DNA from: Deltaproteobacteria bacterium
GTDB lineage: Bacteria > SAR324 > NAC60-12
Direction of reading: 5' to 3'
Assembly: GCA_038150265.1 (NCBI GenBank)
Contig: JAYOTF010000016.1
Span: 1-64,000 of the forward strand
Length of the DNA: 64,000 nucleotides
Numbering within the stretch: the first letter of the stretch is position 1; the number at the start of each line of letters is the position of its first letter. Below are positions 1-8,535 of the stretch, piece after piece. Both the position numbers and the translations under genes were made by a program. The notes below the pieces were generated by a model. It searched no databases, was not told the origin of the DNA, and saw nothing but the letters and a program-made list of their open reading frames with translations.

Positions 1-1
1 C

Positions 2-358
2 GCCTTCATTGGCTCTCCGCGCATCAACCTGCTCTCCGGCCACCTCAGGCAAGGCGTCCTGAGCTTTGACCACTTTCAGCTCACTGGGTTCTCGGCCCTT
101 CCCGATCAGCCCGTTCGAGTTGGCATTCGCCCAGAAGACCTGCAGGTGACCCCGGAAAGCACCACCCCAGTGAAGATCGACCTCGTGGAAGAGCTGGGCT
201 CGGACGAGCTGCTGTACTGCGTCAGCGCTGCCGGTCATGACTACCGGCTGCGACGTCCCGGAGGCAGCGGTCACCGCGCCGGAGACGAAATCGGCGTTTC
301 GGTGGTGTCCGAGAAGGTGCACCTCTTTGATCCTGCTTCCGGACAGCGCCTCAACTGA
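2..358 (+). CDS. 3' end of MalK-like sugar ABC transporter ATP-binding protein (partial, begins before window)
   Basis: Frame from position 2 reads AFIGSPRINLL...VGIRPEDL...VEELGSD...VHLFDPASGQRL, the typical MalK/UgpC C-terminal (TOBE) region. Confidence 0.85.
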   Translation, partial: AFIGSPRINLLSGHLRQGVLSFDHFQLTGFSALPDQPVRVGIRPEDLQVTPESTTPVKIDLVEELGSDELLYCVSAAGHDYRLRRPGGSGHRAGDEIGVSVVSEKVHLFDPASGQRLN

Positions 359-365
359 CCTCCGG

Positions 366-410
366 GGTCCGGACCGGGTTTTTCTCTCTCTCCACCGGGT
401 CCGGACCTTT
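366..410 (+). terminator. Hairpin formed by two GGTCCGGACC palindromes; possible terminator or operator
   Basis: GGTCCGGACC at 366-375 and 398-407, just after the stop codon and followed by TTT. Confidence 0.4.
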
Positions 411-552
411 CGTTCCTTCCTTCGCAGTTCCTCCCCAATCGGGCCCGCGTTCCGCAAGTGACGCCACCGGGTCGATCGTGCTTGTGCAGGCGAAAAAGTC
501 GGTCTAAGCTGCTTTTATTGCTTTTCGATCCAACCCGCTGCTGAACCCAACC

Positions 553-1233
553 ATGCCCAAAGCGACTCCTGATGCATCGGCGATCCTCCGGGGCGCCCTG
601 GACCTTTACATTGAGGGGCCGGAACACTTTACCGTGGCCAAACTGGCCAAGGAGCTGAAGTGCGAACGCTCAATCATCTACAAGCACTTCCCCAACAAGT
701 CGTCCCTACTCCGGGGCTACTACCAGCACACCTTCAACCGCTACCTTGAAGCCTGTGCCGCCACTCCGGACTTTGAGCAGTTCAGTCTGGAAGAGAAGCT
801 CTCGCACCTGATCTACACCCACCTGGACCTGTTTCAGGAGGAGCGCGAGTTTGTGGAAGAGACCTTTGGGAAATTCGTCTTCAAGGCCGAGCCCAAGTCC
901 GCGTTTCAGAAGAGTGTGGAAGGTCGCATTGCAGAGTTCCTTTCTCACTCCGAGGGCGATGTTGCCATCCTTGGGGGCAAGAACGTGGCGGAGTTCCTCA
1001 CGCAGGAGGCCTTCTACCTCATCAAGTTCTGGCTCAAGGACGACAGCGAGGGCAGCGAGCAGACCATTGAGCTGGCGGACAAGCTGATCCGCTTTGCTTC
1101 CGAAGCGCTGCAGCTTCAGGTGGTCAGTCGCGGACTGGAGCTTGGGCGGGCGATGCTCGAAAAGAACGTCCTCAAGCTCAAACCCGAAGGCTTGAACCGC
1201 GCCGCGCTCACCCTCTTGAAGCGGTACACATGA
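553..1233 (+). CDS. TetR/AcrR family transcriptional regulator
   Basis: N-terminal HTH FTVAKLAKELKCERSIIYKHFPNKSSL; overlaps the next gene (ATGA). Confidence 0.85.
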   Translation: MPKATPDASAILRGALDLYIEGPEHFTVAKLAKELKCERSIIYKHFPNKSSLLRGYYQHTFNRYLEACAATPDFEQFSLEEKLSHLIYTHLDLFQEEREFVEETFGKFVFKAEPKSAFQKSVEGRIAEFLSHSEGDVAILGGKNVAEFLTQEAFYLIKFWLKDDSEGSEQTIELADKLIRFASEALQLQVVSRGLELGRAMLEKNVLKLKPEGLNRAALTLLKRYT

Positions 1234-2543
1234 CCGACCTGCCCACCAATCGTTTCTACCGCAGCAGCCGCATCGCCCGGGCGGGCTTGCAGGCGAGCGG
1301 CAACTACCTGCGGCACTACGTCGGGAACGCCCTGCCTGGCGAACGCTTCCGGGAAAGCAAGGAAGACCTCAACCGCAAGAATGCGCTGTCGCTCTTCCGG
1401 GAGCTGAGCGTGCTCCGGGGCGCGGCCCTCAAGCTGGCTCAGGGACTGAGCATGGATACCGGAGTGCTGCCTCCGGAGTTTGCGGAAGTGATGGCCAACT
1501 CGCAGTACCGCGTGCCGCCGATGAACCGGGCGATGGTCCGGGCGCAGTTTCAACGCCTGTTCGGGAAGCCTCCGGAAGCGCTGTTCCAGAGCTTTGACGC
1601 CGAGGCCTTTGCTGCGGCCACCATTGGACAGGTGCACCGGGCGGAGTCGAAAGACGGCCGGGCGCTGGCTGTGAAGATCCAGTACCCAAACGTGCGCCAG
1701 AGCATTGAAAGCGACCTCGCGCTGGTGCGGTTGCTGGTCTCGCGCCTCTTCACGGGCGAAGACCTCGACGCGCACCTGCAGGAAATCAAGGAGCGCTTTC
1801 TCGAAGAAACGGATTACACCCGGGAAGCCGAGAACCTGAACCACTTCCGGAACTTCTACCAGCACCCCGGTGTGGTGACCCCGGAGTTGCTTCCCGAGTA
1901 CTCGAACGACCGGGTGCTCACGATGACGCGGCTGGAAGGCCAGCACCTGGACGCGCTGCTCCACGACGAACCTTCCGCCGAGGTCCGGAACCGCTACGGG
2001 CAGATCCTCTGGGATGTCTTTCACGATCACCTGCGGCTCCGGCACTTCAGCCTGCATGCCGATGTTCACCCCGGGAACTTCCTCTTCCGGGCCGATGGCA
2101 GCGTGGGCATCATCGACTTCGGCTGCGTCAAGACCTTCCCGGAAGACTTCCTCGAATCGTGCATCCGGCTGGTGCAGAACTTCCTCCTGCAGGACCTTGA
2201 GGCCTTCCGGCAGCAGCTGATCGACCTCCGCTTCCTCCAGGGCACCGCCGCCTCGCGCGAACGAGACGACCAGATCTTCGACATCCTCCAGAGCCTCGCG
2301 GTCATTGTCGCCCAGCCTTACCAACAGGACCGCTTCGACTTTGGCGACCCCCGCTTTCAGGAGCAGCTCAACGCCGTCTTCCTGCAGGCGTCCACCCTCC
2401 GGGAAGCTCGGGGCTCGGCCCACTTCATCTTCTTCAACCGCATCGTCTTCGGCCTGATGTCGATGCTGATGAAGCTCAAGGCCCAAATCCAAACCGGCGA
2501 CGCCGCGAGCATGGTCCGGGAGTGGCCCGTTCACCTTTCGTGA
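1230..2543 (+). CDS. ABC1/AarF/UbiB family atypical kinase
   Basis: Motifs AAATIGQVHRA, AVKIQYP, HADVHPGNF, IDFGC. Confidence 0.92.
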   Translation: MTDLPTNRFYRSSRIARAGLQASGNYLRHYVGNALPGERFRESKEDLNRKNALSLFRELSVLRGAALKLAQGLSMDTGVLPPEFAEVMANSQYRVPPMNRAMVRAQFQRLFGKPPEALFQSFDAEAFAAATIGQVHRAESKDGRALAVKIQYPNVRQSIESDLALVRLLVSRLFTGEDLDAHLQEIKERFLEETDYTREAENLNHFRNFYQHPGVVTPELLPEYSNDRVLTMTRLEGQHLDALLHDEPSAEVRNRYGQILWDVFHDHLRLRHFSLHADVHPGNFLFRADGSVGIIDFGCVKTFPEDFLESCIRLVQNFLLQDLEAFRQQLIDLRFLQGTAASRERDDQIFDILQSLAVIVAQPYQQDRFDFGDPRFQEQLNAVFLQASTLREARGSAHFIFFNRIVFGLMSMLMKLKAQIQTGDAASMVREWPVHLS

Positions 2544-2556
2544 CGCGCTCCCGCTG

Positions 2557-3510
2557 ATGCATCCGGTGAGCGGACACGCGGCCCCCTCTCAGGGGCTGCC
2601 GGTCGTCCACAATCCCCATTACGACGTTCCGGACTGGGACTCGAAGCACCGATTTCCCATGAGCAAGTTCACGCTGCTCCGGGAATACTTGCTGCGCGAC
2701 GGCATCATTCGGCGCGAACAGCTCCGGATTCCGAACATGGTGGACCGCACCCTGCTCGAAGGCGTCCACGTTCCGGAATACATTGAGGCATTTGTCACCG
2801 GCACCCTGGACGCCCGGGCGATGCGGCGGATTGGCTTTCCGTGGACGGTCGCGCTCGTGCGGCGCACCCTCACTGCCGCTGGAGGCACCCTGTTGGCGGC
2901 TCGGCTGGCTCTGGAATATGGGATGGCCTGCAATTCCGGAGGCGGTACGCATCACGCCTTCCCCGACTTTGGCTCCGGCTTCTGCATCTTCAACGACGTT
3001 TCAGTCGCCATCCGGCGGTTGCTCCGCGAAGGCAAGGTGCAGCGCGTTTTGATTGTGGACCTTGATGTGCACCAGGGCGACGGCACCGCGTGGATTCACC
3101 GTGAGGAGCCCCACGTCTTTACCTTCTCCATGCACTGCCAGGCCAACTTTCCCTTCCGGAAGCAGCAGAGCGACCTTGATGTGCCACTGGAAGTGGGGCT
3201 GGAAGATGCGGCCTATTTGCACGAACTCGGCACCCGGCTTCCGGACCTGATGAGCGCGGTGAAGCCCGACCTCGTGATGTACAATGCCGGAGCCGACCCG
3301 CACGTGGACGACCCGCTCGGCAAGCTGGCGTTGACGTCTTCCGGAATGCTGGAACGTGATTTACTGGTGTTCCGGACGTGTGCGCAGGCAGGGGTGCCCG
3401 TGGCCTCGGTGATTGGTGGGGGATACAGCAAGGACATCCCGGCCCTCGCCCGGCGGCACGCCATCGGACATCAGGCCGCGAGTCAGGTGTTCCGGGAGTT
3501 TCACCTCTGA
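2557..3510 (+). CDS. Histone deacetylase family protein
   Basis: HRFPMSK, GGTHHA, GFCIFND, DLDVHQGDGT, GADPH, GGGY motifs. Confidence 0.93.
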   Translation: MHPVSGHAAPSQGLPVVHNPHYDVPDWDSKHRFPMSKFTLLREYLLRDGIIRREQLRIPNMVDRTLLEGVHVPEYIEAFVTGTLDARAMRRIGFPWTVALVRRTLTAAGGTLLAARLALEYGMACNSGGGTHHAFPDFGSGFCIFNDVSVAIRRLLREGKVQRVLIVDLDVHQGDGTAWIHREEPHVFTFSMHCQANFPFRKQQSDLDVPLEVGLEDAAYLHELGTRLPDLMSAVKPDLVMYNAGADPHVDDPLGKLALTSSGMLERDLLVFRTCAQAGVPVASVIGGGYSKDIPALARRHAIGHQAASQVFREFHL

Positions 3511-3514
3511 GGGG

Positions 3515-5587
3515 TCAGAAGTAGAAGCGAGCCTTTCCGGGCGCGCTGCCAAAGTCATAGGCGCTCCGTTCATGCTTGATGACCTCCACGGCGTCCTCCG
3601 GAAACTCCCGGATGAAGCGGGAGCGAGAAAAGCGTTCCGGCCCGGCATAGGATGAAGCCATCACCGGAGCCGTCAGCATCAGGTGCCGCTTTGCTCGGGT
3701 GAGCGCGACATAAAACAGCCGGCGCTCCTCTTCCAGCTGCTCCTCCGTTTCCATGCTCCGCTGGTGGGGAAACAGCCCCTCCGTCAGACCAATCAGGTAC
3801 ACTGCCTCCCACTCCAGTCCCTTCGCCTGATGAATCGTCGTCAGGGTCAATACGTCTTCCTCGGCCTTTTCCTGCGCGTCGTGATCCGTCACCAGTTGGG
3901 TCCCTGCAAGGGACAGCTCATTGAGGAAGGATTCCAGCGAGCGGTAGTTGGCGGCATACTCCTGAAGGTAGTGGACGTCATTCTCACGCTGAGGGGCGTT
4001 CTCGAAGCTGTTGAAGAGCAGGGTCCGGTAAAACTTTTCATAAAGGACCCGGAGCATGAGTCCGGGGGTGGTGCCGTCCTGCAGCATTTCCTGAAAGCAA
4101 TCGAGGAGGCTGTTCCAGTCGGCTCGGGCCTTGGCTGGAATGAGCTTCTGCAGGTCGAGGTTCTCCTTTGTGAGCCGGACCGCCTGCTGCGTCTGGAAGA
4201 CATTGAAGATGCGGTAGGCCGTGGTATTGCCCACGCCGGGAAGCAGCTTCAGGATGCGCATCCAGGAGATCTCATCCAGGGGGTTGTGCAGGACCTTGAG
4301 GAAGGCCGTCAGGTCCTTGATGTGCGCCTGCTCAAAGAACTTGACGCCGGAGTGGATGACAAACGGAATTCCGGCCCGCGTCAGCTCCACCTGCAGCGTC
4401 GCCGACTGGACATGAGTCCGGTAGAGGACCGCCATGTCCCTCAGCGGCACCTCGCGGTCCCGGAGTTCCATGATGCGGTCGATGACATGAATGGCCTCCT
4501 CCGGGCCATCCCACAACTCATGAATGACGGGCTTCTCCCCACTGGGCAAGCGCGTGTAGAGGTGCTTCTCAAACTGCCGGGTATTGTGGTTGATGCTGGC
4601 ATTTGCCACCGCAAGAATTTCCGGTGTGCTCCGGTAGTTTTCTTCCATCCGGAACAAAGTGGCCTGGTAGCGATCAGGGAAGCCAAGAATGTTTTGAAAA
4701 TCTGCTCCACGCCAGCTATAGATCGATTGAGCGTCGTCTCCCACGACCATCAGGTTCCGGTGGGACCGGGTGAGGGCGTCGAGGATGCTGGACTGCACCT
4801 GATTGGTGTCCTGGTACTCGTCGACCAGCACAAACTCGGTCTGCCGGACCAGTGGCAGGGAGGCTCCTTCCCGGATGAGCAGTTCCAGCCAGTTTTCAAG
4901 CAGGTCGTCAAAGTCCATGACCTGGTTGCGACGTTTCTTCAGGCGGTAGGTCCGTTGTACCTCCAGGAGCGCCTCGAGGTGTTCCTCAAAGTAGGGGTAA
5001 TCGCCCTTGATGAGCTGGTCGAGGTGAAAGTGCCGCTCCGGGTACGGGTGCTCCAGCAGCATCTGGGCGGTGCAGAGGCGGTTAAAGGCTCCGGAAAACA
5101 GATCCTGCAAAACGGCCACCTTGGGAAATTGCTTGTTGGGCTTGCCGACCACCTCGGCAAGCGCCGCCTTGAGCAGATCCTTGGCATCGGAGGTGTCCAG
5201 AATGCTGAAGTTGCTTTCGTACTGCAGGGCCTTGGCGTAACGCCTCAGGAAGCGGCTTCCCATGCTGTGAAAGGTTCCGTGGAGGAGCTTCTGGTTGTCT
5301 CGCAGGCTTGCTGCACGGGCCACCCGAGCCGCCATTTCCGTGGCCGCCTTGTTGGTAAAGGTCAGCAGCATAATGGCGCTCGGCGCAATTCCCGACTGGA
5401 TCAAACGGGCCACTCGGTGTGTAATGACACGAGTCTTGCCACTTCCTGCTCCAGCGATCACCAAGGCGGGTCCCTCGTGGTGCGCCACAATCTTTTTTTG
5501 ATCCGGATTGAGTGTTTCGGTGCCGTTCACGATACTGATTGGTTCAGGTTGATCATCTGAACATGCATCGTAGACCACTTCTCTCAA
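3515..5587 (-). CDS. UvrD/PcrA/Rep family ATP-dependent DNA helicase
   Basis: AGAGSGKT, TFTNKAA, VDEYQDTN, VGDDAQSIYSWRGA, ENYRST, TIHQAKGLEW, EERRLFYVALTRAK. Confidence 0.95.
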   Translation of the reverse strand: MREVVYDACSDDQPEPISIVNGTETLNPDQKKIVAHHEGPALVIAGAGSGKTRVITHRVARLIQSGIAPSAIMLLTFTNKAATEMAARVARAASLRDNQKLLHGTFHSMGSRFLRRYAKALQYESNFSILDTSDAKDLLKAALAEVVGKPNKQFPKVAVLQDLFSGAFNRLCTAQMLLEHPYPERHFHLDQLIKGDYPYFEEHLEALLEVQRTYRLKKRRNQVMDFDDLLENWLELLIREGASLPLVRQTEFVLVDEYQDTNQVQSSILDALTRSHRNLMVVGDDAQSIYSWRGADFQNILGFPDRYQATLFRMEENYRSTPEILAVANASINHNTRQFEKHLYTRLPSGEKPVIHELWDGPEEAIHVIDRIMELRDREVPLRDMAVLYRTHVQSATLQVELTRAGIPFVIHSGVKFFEQAHIKDLTAFLKVLHNPLDEISWMRILKLLPGVGNTTAYRIFNVFQTQQAVRLTKENLDLQKLIPAKARADWNSLLDCFQEMLQDGTTPGLMLRVLYEKFYRTLLFNSFENAPQRENDVHYLQEYAANYRSLESFLNELSLAGTQLVTDHDAQEKAEEDVLTLTTIHQAKGLEWEAVYLIGLTEGLFPHQRSMETEEQLEEERRLFYVALTRAKRHLMLTAPVMASSYAGPERFSRSRFIREFPEDAVEVIKHERSAYDFGSAPGKARFYF

Positions 5588-5635
5588 CTCGCAAAATCTT
5601 TCATTGCCTCACCTTTTCTGCTTGAAGACCCTTTC

Positions 5636-7000
5636 ATGAATGAACTGATCGTTTTGATTCAGGAGCTGATTGCCCCCGTCCTTGAGTTCCTGGCCCCCTA
5701 CCTGGAACCCGCCAACGCAGTCCTGGGAGAAGAGGCTCCCTTGATCCTCGGAGGCGGCCTTGCGGGGCTCCTCATCCTCCTCGTTCTCTTTTTGCGCCGC
5801 AAACCCAAGGCCCTGAGCCCGCAGGAAGCAGAAGAGAATGAGCGCGACAAGTACCTCGCACGTCTGGAAAAGGAACGGCAGAAGGACCTGGAACGGCGCG
5901 AAAAGGAAAACGAGAAGCAGCTTGAGGCTCAGCGACAGGAGAAGCTCAGCAAGCTCGAGGCGCGGGAGCAGGAAATCCAGGCCGAGTTGGCGCGCAAGGA
6001 AGCGGAGCAGCGCGAGAAGAAGACCCTGACCAAGTCCCTGGGGGGCACCGAAGCCCCTCCGGCCGAGGCTCCGGAAGCCACTCCAGCCGAGAGCTTCCTG
6101 GAACGCCTCAAGCGTGGCATTGGCAAGACCCGGACGCAGCTGCTGGAACGCCTGGACGAGATCGTCCACGGCAAGCGCGAGATCGATGAGGAGATGCTGG
6201 ACGACCTTGAAGAGGTCCTCATCGGTGCGGACATTGGTCCCGAGACAACCCAGAAAATCCTTGATGCCCTGACCGCCAAGGTGGAGCGAGACGAGCTGAA
6301 GGATCCGGCGGCGCTCCGGGCTGCAATTCAGGAGCAGATTGCCGCCATCATGGACAAATCGGTCCCGGTCCCCTCTGCCGCAGACCGCAAACCGCTGGTG
6401 CTGCTGTTCGTGGGCGTCAACGGTGTCGGCAAGACGACCACCATCGGGAAGCTTGCGGCGCAGTATGCACGAGAAGGAAAGCGTGTCTTGATGGGCGCCG
6501 GAGACACCTTCCGGGCGGCCGCCATTGAGCAACTGGGCGAATGGAGCAACCGCGCCAACTGCGACCTGATGGCCAAAGACGCCGGAGCCGATCCCTCAGC
6601 GGTGCTCTATGAGACGGTTGAAAAAGCAATGGCCGAACACTACGACGTGGTGATCTGCGACACTGCCGGACGGCTCCACACCAAAAAGAACCTGATGGAG
6701 GAGCTGAAGAAGATGGTCCGCGTGATCCGGAAGCTCATCCCGGATGCCCCCCATGAGGTGCTGCTGGTTCTTGATGCGACCACCGGACAGAATGCCATCT
6801 TCCAGGCCCGGGAGTTCAAGGATGCCGCTGAGCTGACCGGAATTGTGGTCACCAAACTGGATGGGACCTCCAAGGGGGGAGTCGTCATCGGGATTGTCAA
6901 CGAGTTCGACATCCCCGTCCGGTACATTGGAGTGGGAGAGCAGGTTGATGACCTACGGCCCTTTGACGCCAAGCAGTTTACCGAATCCCTCTTCGCCTGA
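5636..7000 (+). CDS. ftsY: Signal recognition particle receptor FtsY with N-terminal TM helix and charged coiled coil
   Basis: GVNGVGKTTTIGKLA, DTFRAAA, DTAGRLH, DATTGQN, TKLDGTSKGG. Confidence 0.97.
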   Translation: MNELIVLIQELIAPVLEFLAPYLEPANAVLGEEAPLILGGGLAGLLILLVLFLRRKPKALSPQEAEENERDKYLARLEKERQKDLERREKENEKQLEAQRQEKLSKLEAREQEIQAELARKEAEQREKKTLTKSLGGTEAPPAEAPEATPAESFLERLKRGIGKTRTQLLERLDEIVHGKREIDEEMLDDLEEVLIGADIGPETTQKILDALTAKVERDELKDPAALRAAIQEQIAAIMDKSVPVPSAADRKPLVLLFVGVNGVGKTTTIGKLAAQYAREGKRVLMGAGDTFRAAAIEQLGEWSNRANCDLMAKDAGADPSAVLYETVEKAMAEHYDVVICDTAGRLHTKKNLMEELKKMVRVIRKLIPDAPHEVLLVLDATTGQNAIFQAREFKDAAELTGIVVTKLDGTSKGGVVIGIVNEFDIPVRYIGVGEQVDDLRPFDAKQFTESLFA

Positions 7001-7439
7001 CCCCAGCGCCTCTGCTCCAGCGGGGTTCACGCTCCTGGAGCTGCTGCTGGTGCTGGTCGTTGGAGCCACCCTGGCCAGCGCCACCTGGTTTTCCCTGGCC
7101 CCCTGGTGGCACCGCGTCCGGACCGAGCAACTTGCAGCCGAGTTGCACAGCGCCCTCCGAGAAGCACAGCTCCTTGCCCTCCTTCAGCACCGCACCTACG
7201 GCGTTGCCCTGCACGACCAGCAGTTGGGGCTGCGCTGGACCACTGACGGCACAGAGCAGTTCCTCCCCTGGACTTCCCTTCCTGCAGATGCCACTCTTGA
7301 CGCCACACGCTGGCCCAGCTTCAGCCCGTTTGGCTTTGCCCAGTCCGGAACCCTCACCCTGCACACGGCCACCCATGAGGTCAAACTCGTGGTGAGCCTG
7401 TTTGGCCGCATCCGGCAGGAAGCACCAACCCGGCTGTAA
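6948..7439 (+). CDS. Prepilin-type (GspH/FimT-like) pseudopilin
   Basis: AGFTLLELLLVLVV cleavage/methylation motif; C-terminal FSPFG...VVSLFGRIR; nearest in-frame ATG is at 6948, overlapping ftsY. Confidence 0.75.
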   Translation: MTYGPLTPSSLPNPSSPDPSASAPAGFTLLELLLVLVVGATLASATWFSLAPWWHRVRTEQLAAELHSALREAQLLALLQHRTYGVALHDQQLGLRWTTDGTEQFLPWTSLPADATLDATRWPSFSPFGFAQSGTLTLHTATHEVKLVVSLFGRIRQEAPTRL

Positions 7440-7442
7440 CGC

Positions 7443-7699
7443 CAGGGCAATCGCCTAAAGGGAAGCACCCTGCTCATCGTGAAAAAACAGGAGTGACTCG
7501 CTGGAGGGATTCCCTCGCTGGAGTCATGAAGGGATCGAAAGGTCCGTCCTTCTCGCGAAGGCGAGAATCCAGTCAAGGAATCGAAGGCCATCTGTTCAGT
7601 GACTGGATCCCAGCCTGCGCTGGGATGACCACAAGGCGGCACTCCACACAAAACCTCTAAGCCCATTCTGCCGGCTATTTGTTTCATGCGGTTGCCCTG
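7443..7699. mobile_element. 257-bp non-autonomous MITE with ISAs1-like terminal inverted repeats and 10-bp target-site duplication
   Basis: Left end CAGGGCAATCGCCTAAA, right end TTTCATGCGGTTGCCCTG; identical GCTGTAACGC at 7433-7442 and 7700-7709; no transposase ORF inside. Confidence 0.8.
7546..7629. repeat. Inverted pair of REP-like palindromic units inside the MITE
   Basis: GTCCTTCTCGCGAAGGCGAGAATCCAGT (7546-7573) and ACTGGATCCCAGCCTGCGCTGGGATGAC (7602-7629). Confidence 0.75.
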
Positions 7700-7818
7700 G
7701 CTGTAACGCCGGAGAAAAATCGGGAATTCTGAAGAATGGCCCAGCTTCTGCAATGGGGTAGGAAACCGCTCACCTGGAAGGTGAGGGGTCGTTCGCAACC
7801 CTTGACGCAGGAGATCAC

Positions 7819-8001
7819 ATGGAAGCCATTCTCGCTCGACTCATTTTGCAGTTGGAGTTCCTTGCCAACAACCAGATTCCCCTGTCTCAAGGGCTGGATC
7901 TGCTGGAGGCCTCGGCTCAGAACTGCAGTGAGCTGATTGTTGTCAACGTCCTCCGGGACTCCCTTCAGGAAACCCTCAAGGAGCAAGCTCGCCTTGCCTA
8001 A
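7819..8001 (+). CDS. Small hypothetical protein (60 aa)
   Basis: AGGAG RBS before ATG; protein-like helical composition; fills an intergenic gap. Confidence 0.65.
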   Translation: MEAILARLILQLEFLANNQIPLSQGLDLLEASAQNCSELIVVNVLRDSLQETLKEQARLA

Positions 8002-8019
8002 ACGCGCATCCGAGCAGGT

Positions 8020-8535
8020 TCATTCAGGAAGTTGCTGATACGGCACCTCCCAATTGGGGAGCATGGGCTCCAGCCCAACGTTCAGTCCTTCCACCTGCTC
8101 AACCAGCGTCATCAGCAGTTCCGCCGCCATCACCCCGTCTGGATACACCAGCAACAGTGGATAGTACTCCTTGGTCCCGAACGATCGCTTGATCCGCAGG
8201 TTCTCCTCTTCCAGCCGGACCAGGTACTCCAGCAGATCGTTTCCTCCTCCGTTTAGCTCAAACGCCAGTTCATCCAGCGTAAAGACGCGCTCCTGATTGC
8301 GAAACAGGTCGTAGTACTCAATCTGATTCGCTCGGCACCTGACGTAAATCGGGTTGACGTAGCCCGGCGCTCCCACCCACTGAAACTCCACCTTCTGCGG
8401 AAGCTCCTGCGTCTGCTCCTCCATGGGAGACACCACAAAGCTAATGGCCAGAAAGGCTAACACGCCCATGGTGCTCAGCAGCACACTGAGGAAGGGGAAG
8501 AGCGAGATCGCCGGAGCCTGAGGCGTGCGCTTCAT
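8020..8535 (-). CDS. Hypothetical single-TM protein, ExbD/TolR-like partner of upstream MotA/TolQ protein
   Basis: N-terminal ISLFPFLSVLLSTMGVLAFLAI TM segment; ATGA overlap with upstream gene. Confidence 0.7.
   Translation of the reverse strand: MKRTPQAPAISLFPFLSVLLSTMGVLAFLAISFVVSPMEEQTQELPQKVEFQWVGAPGYVNPIYVRCRANQIEYYDLFRNQERVFTLDELAFELNGGGNDLLEYLVRLEEENLRIKRSFGTKEYYPLLLVYPDGVMAAELLMTLVEQVEGLNVGLEPMLPNWEVPYQQLPE

Noticed and set aside
7443..7699. CRISPR array or tRNA suggested by the palindromic repeats
   Set aside because: No regularly spaced direct repeats with unique spacers and no cloverleaf; better explained as a MITE with REP units
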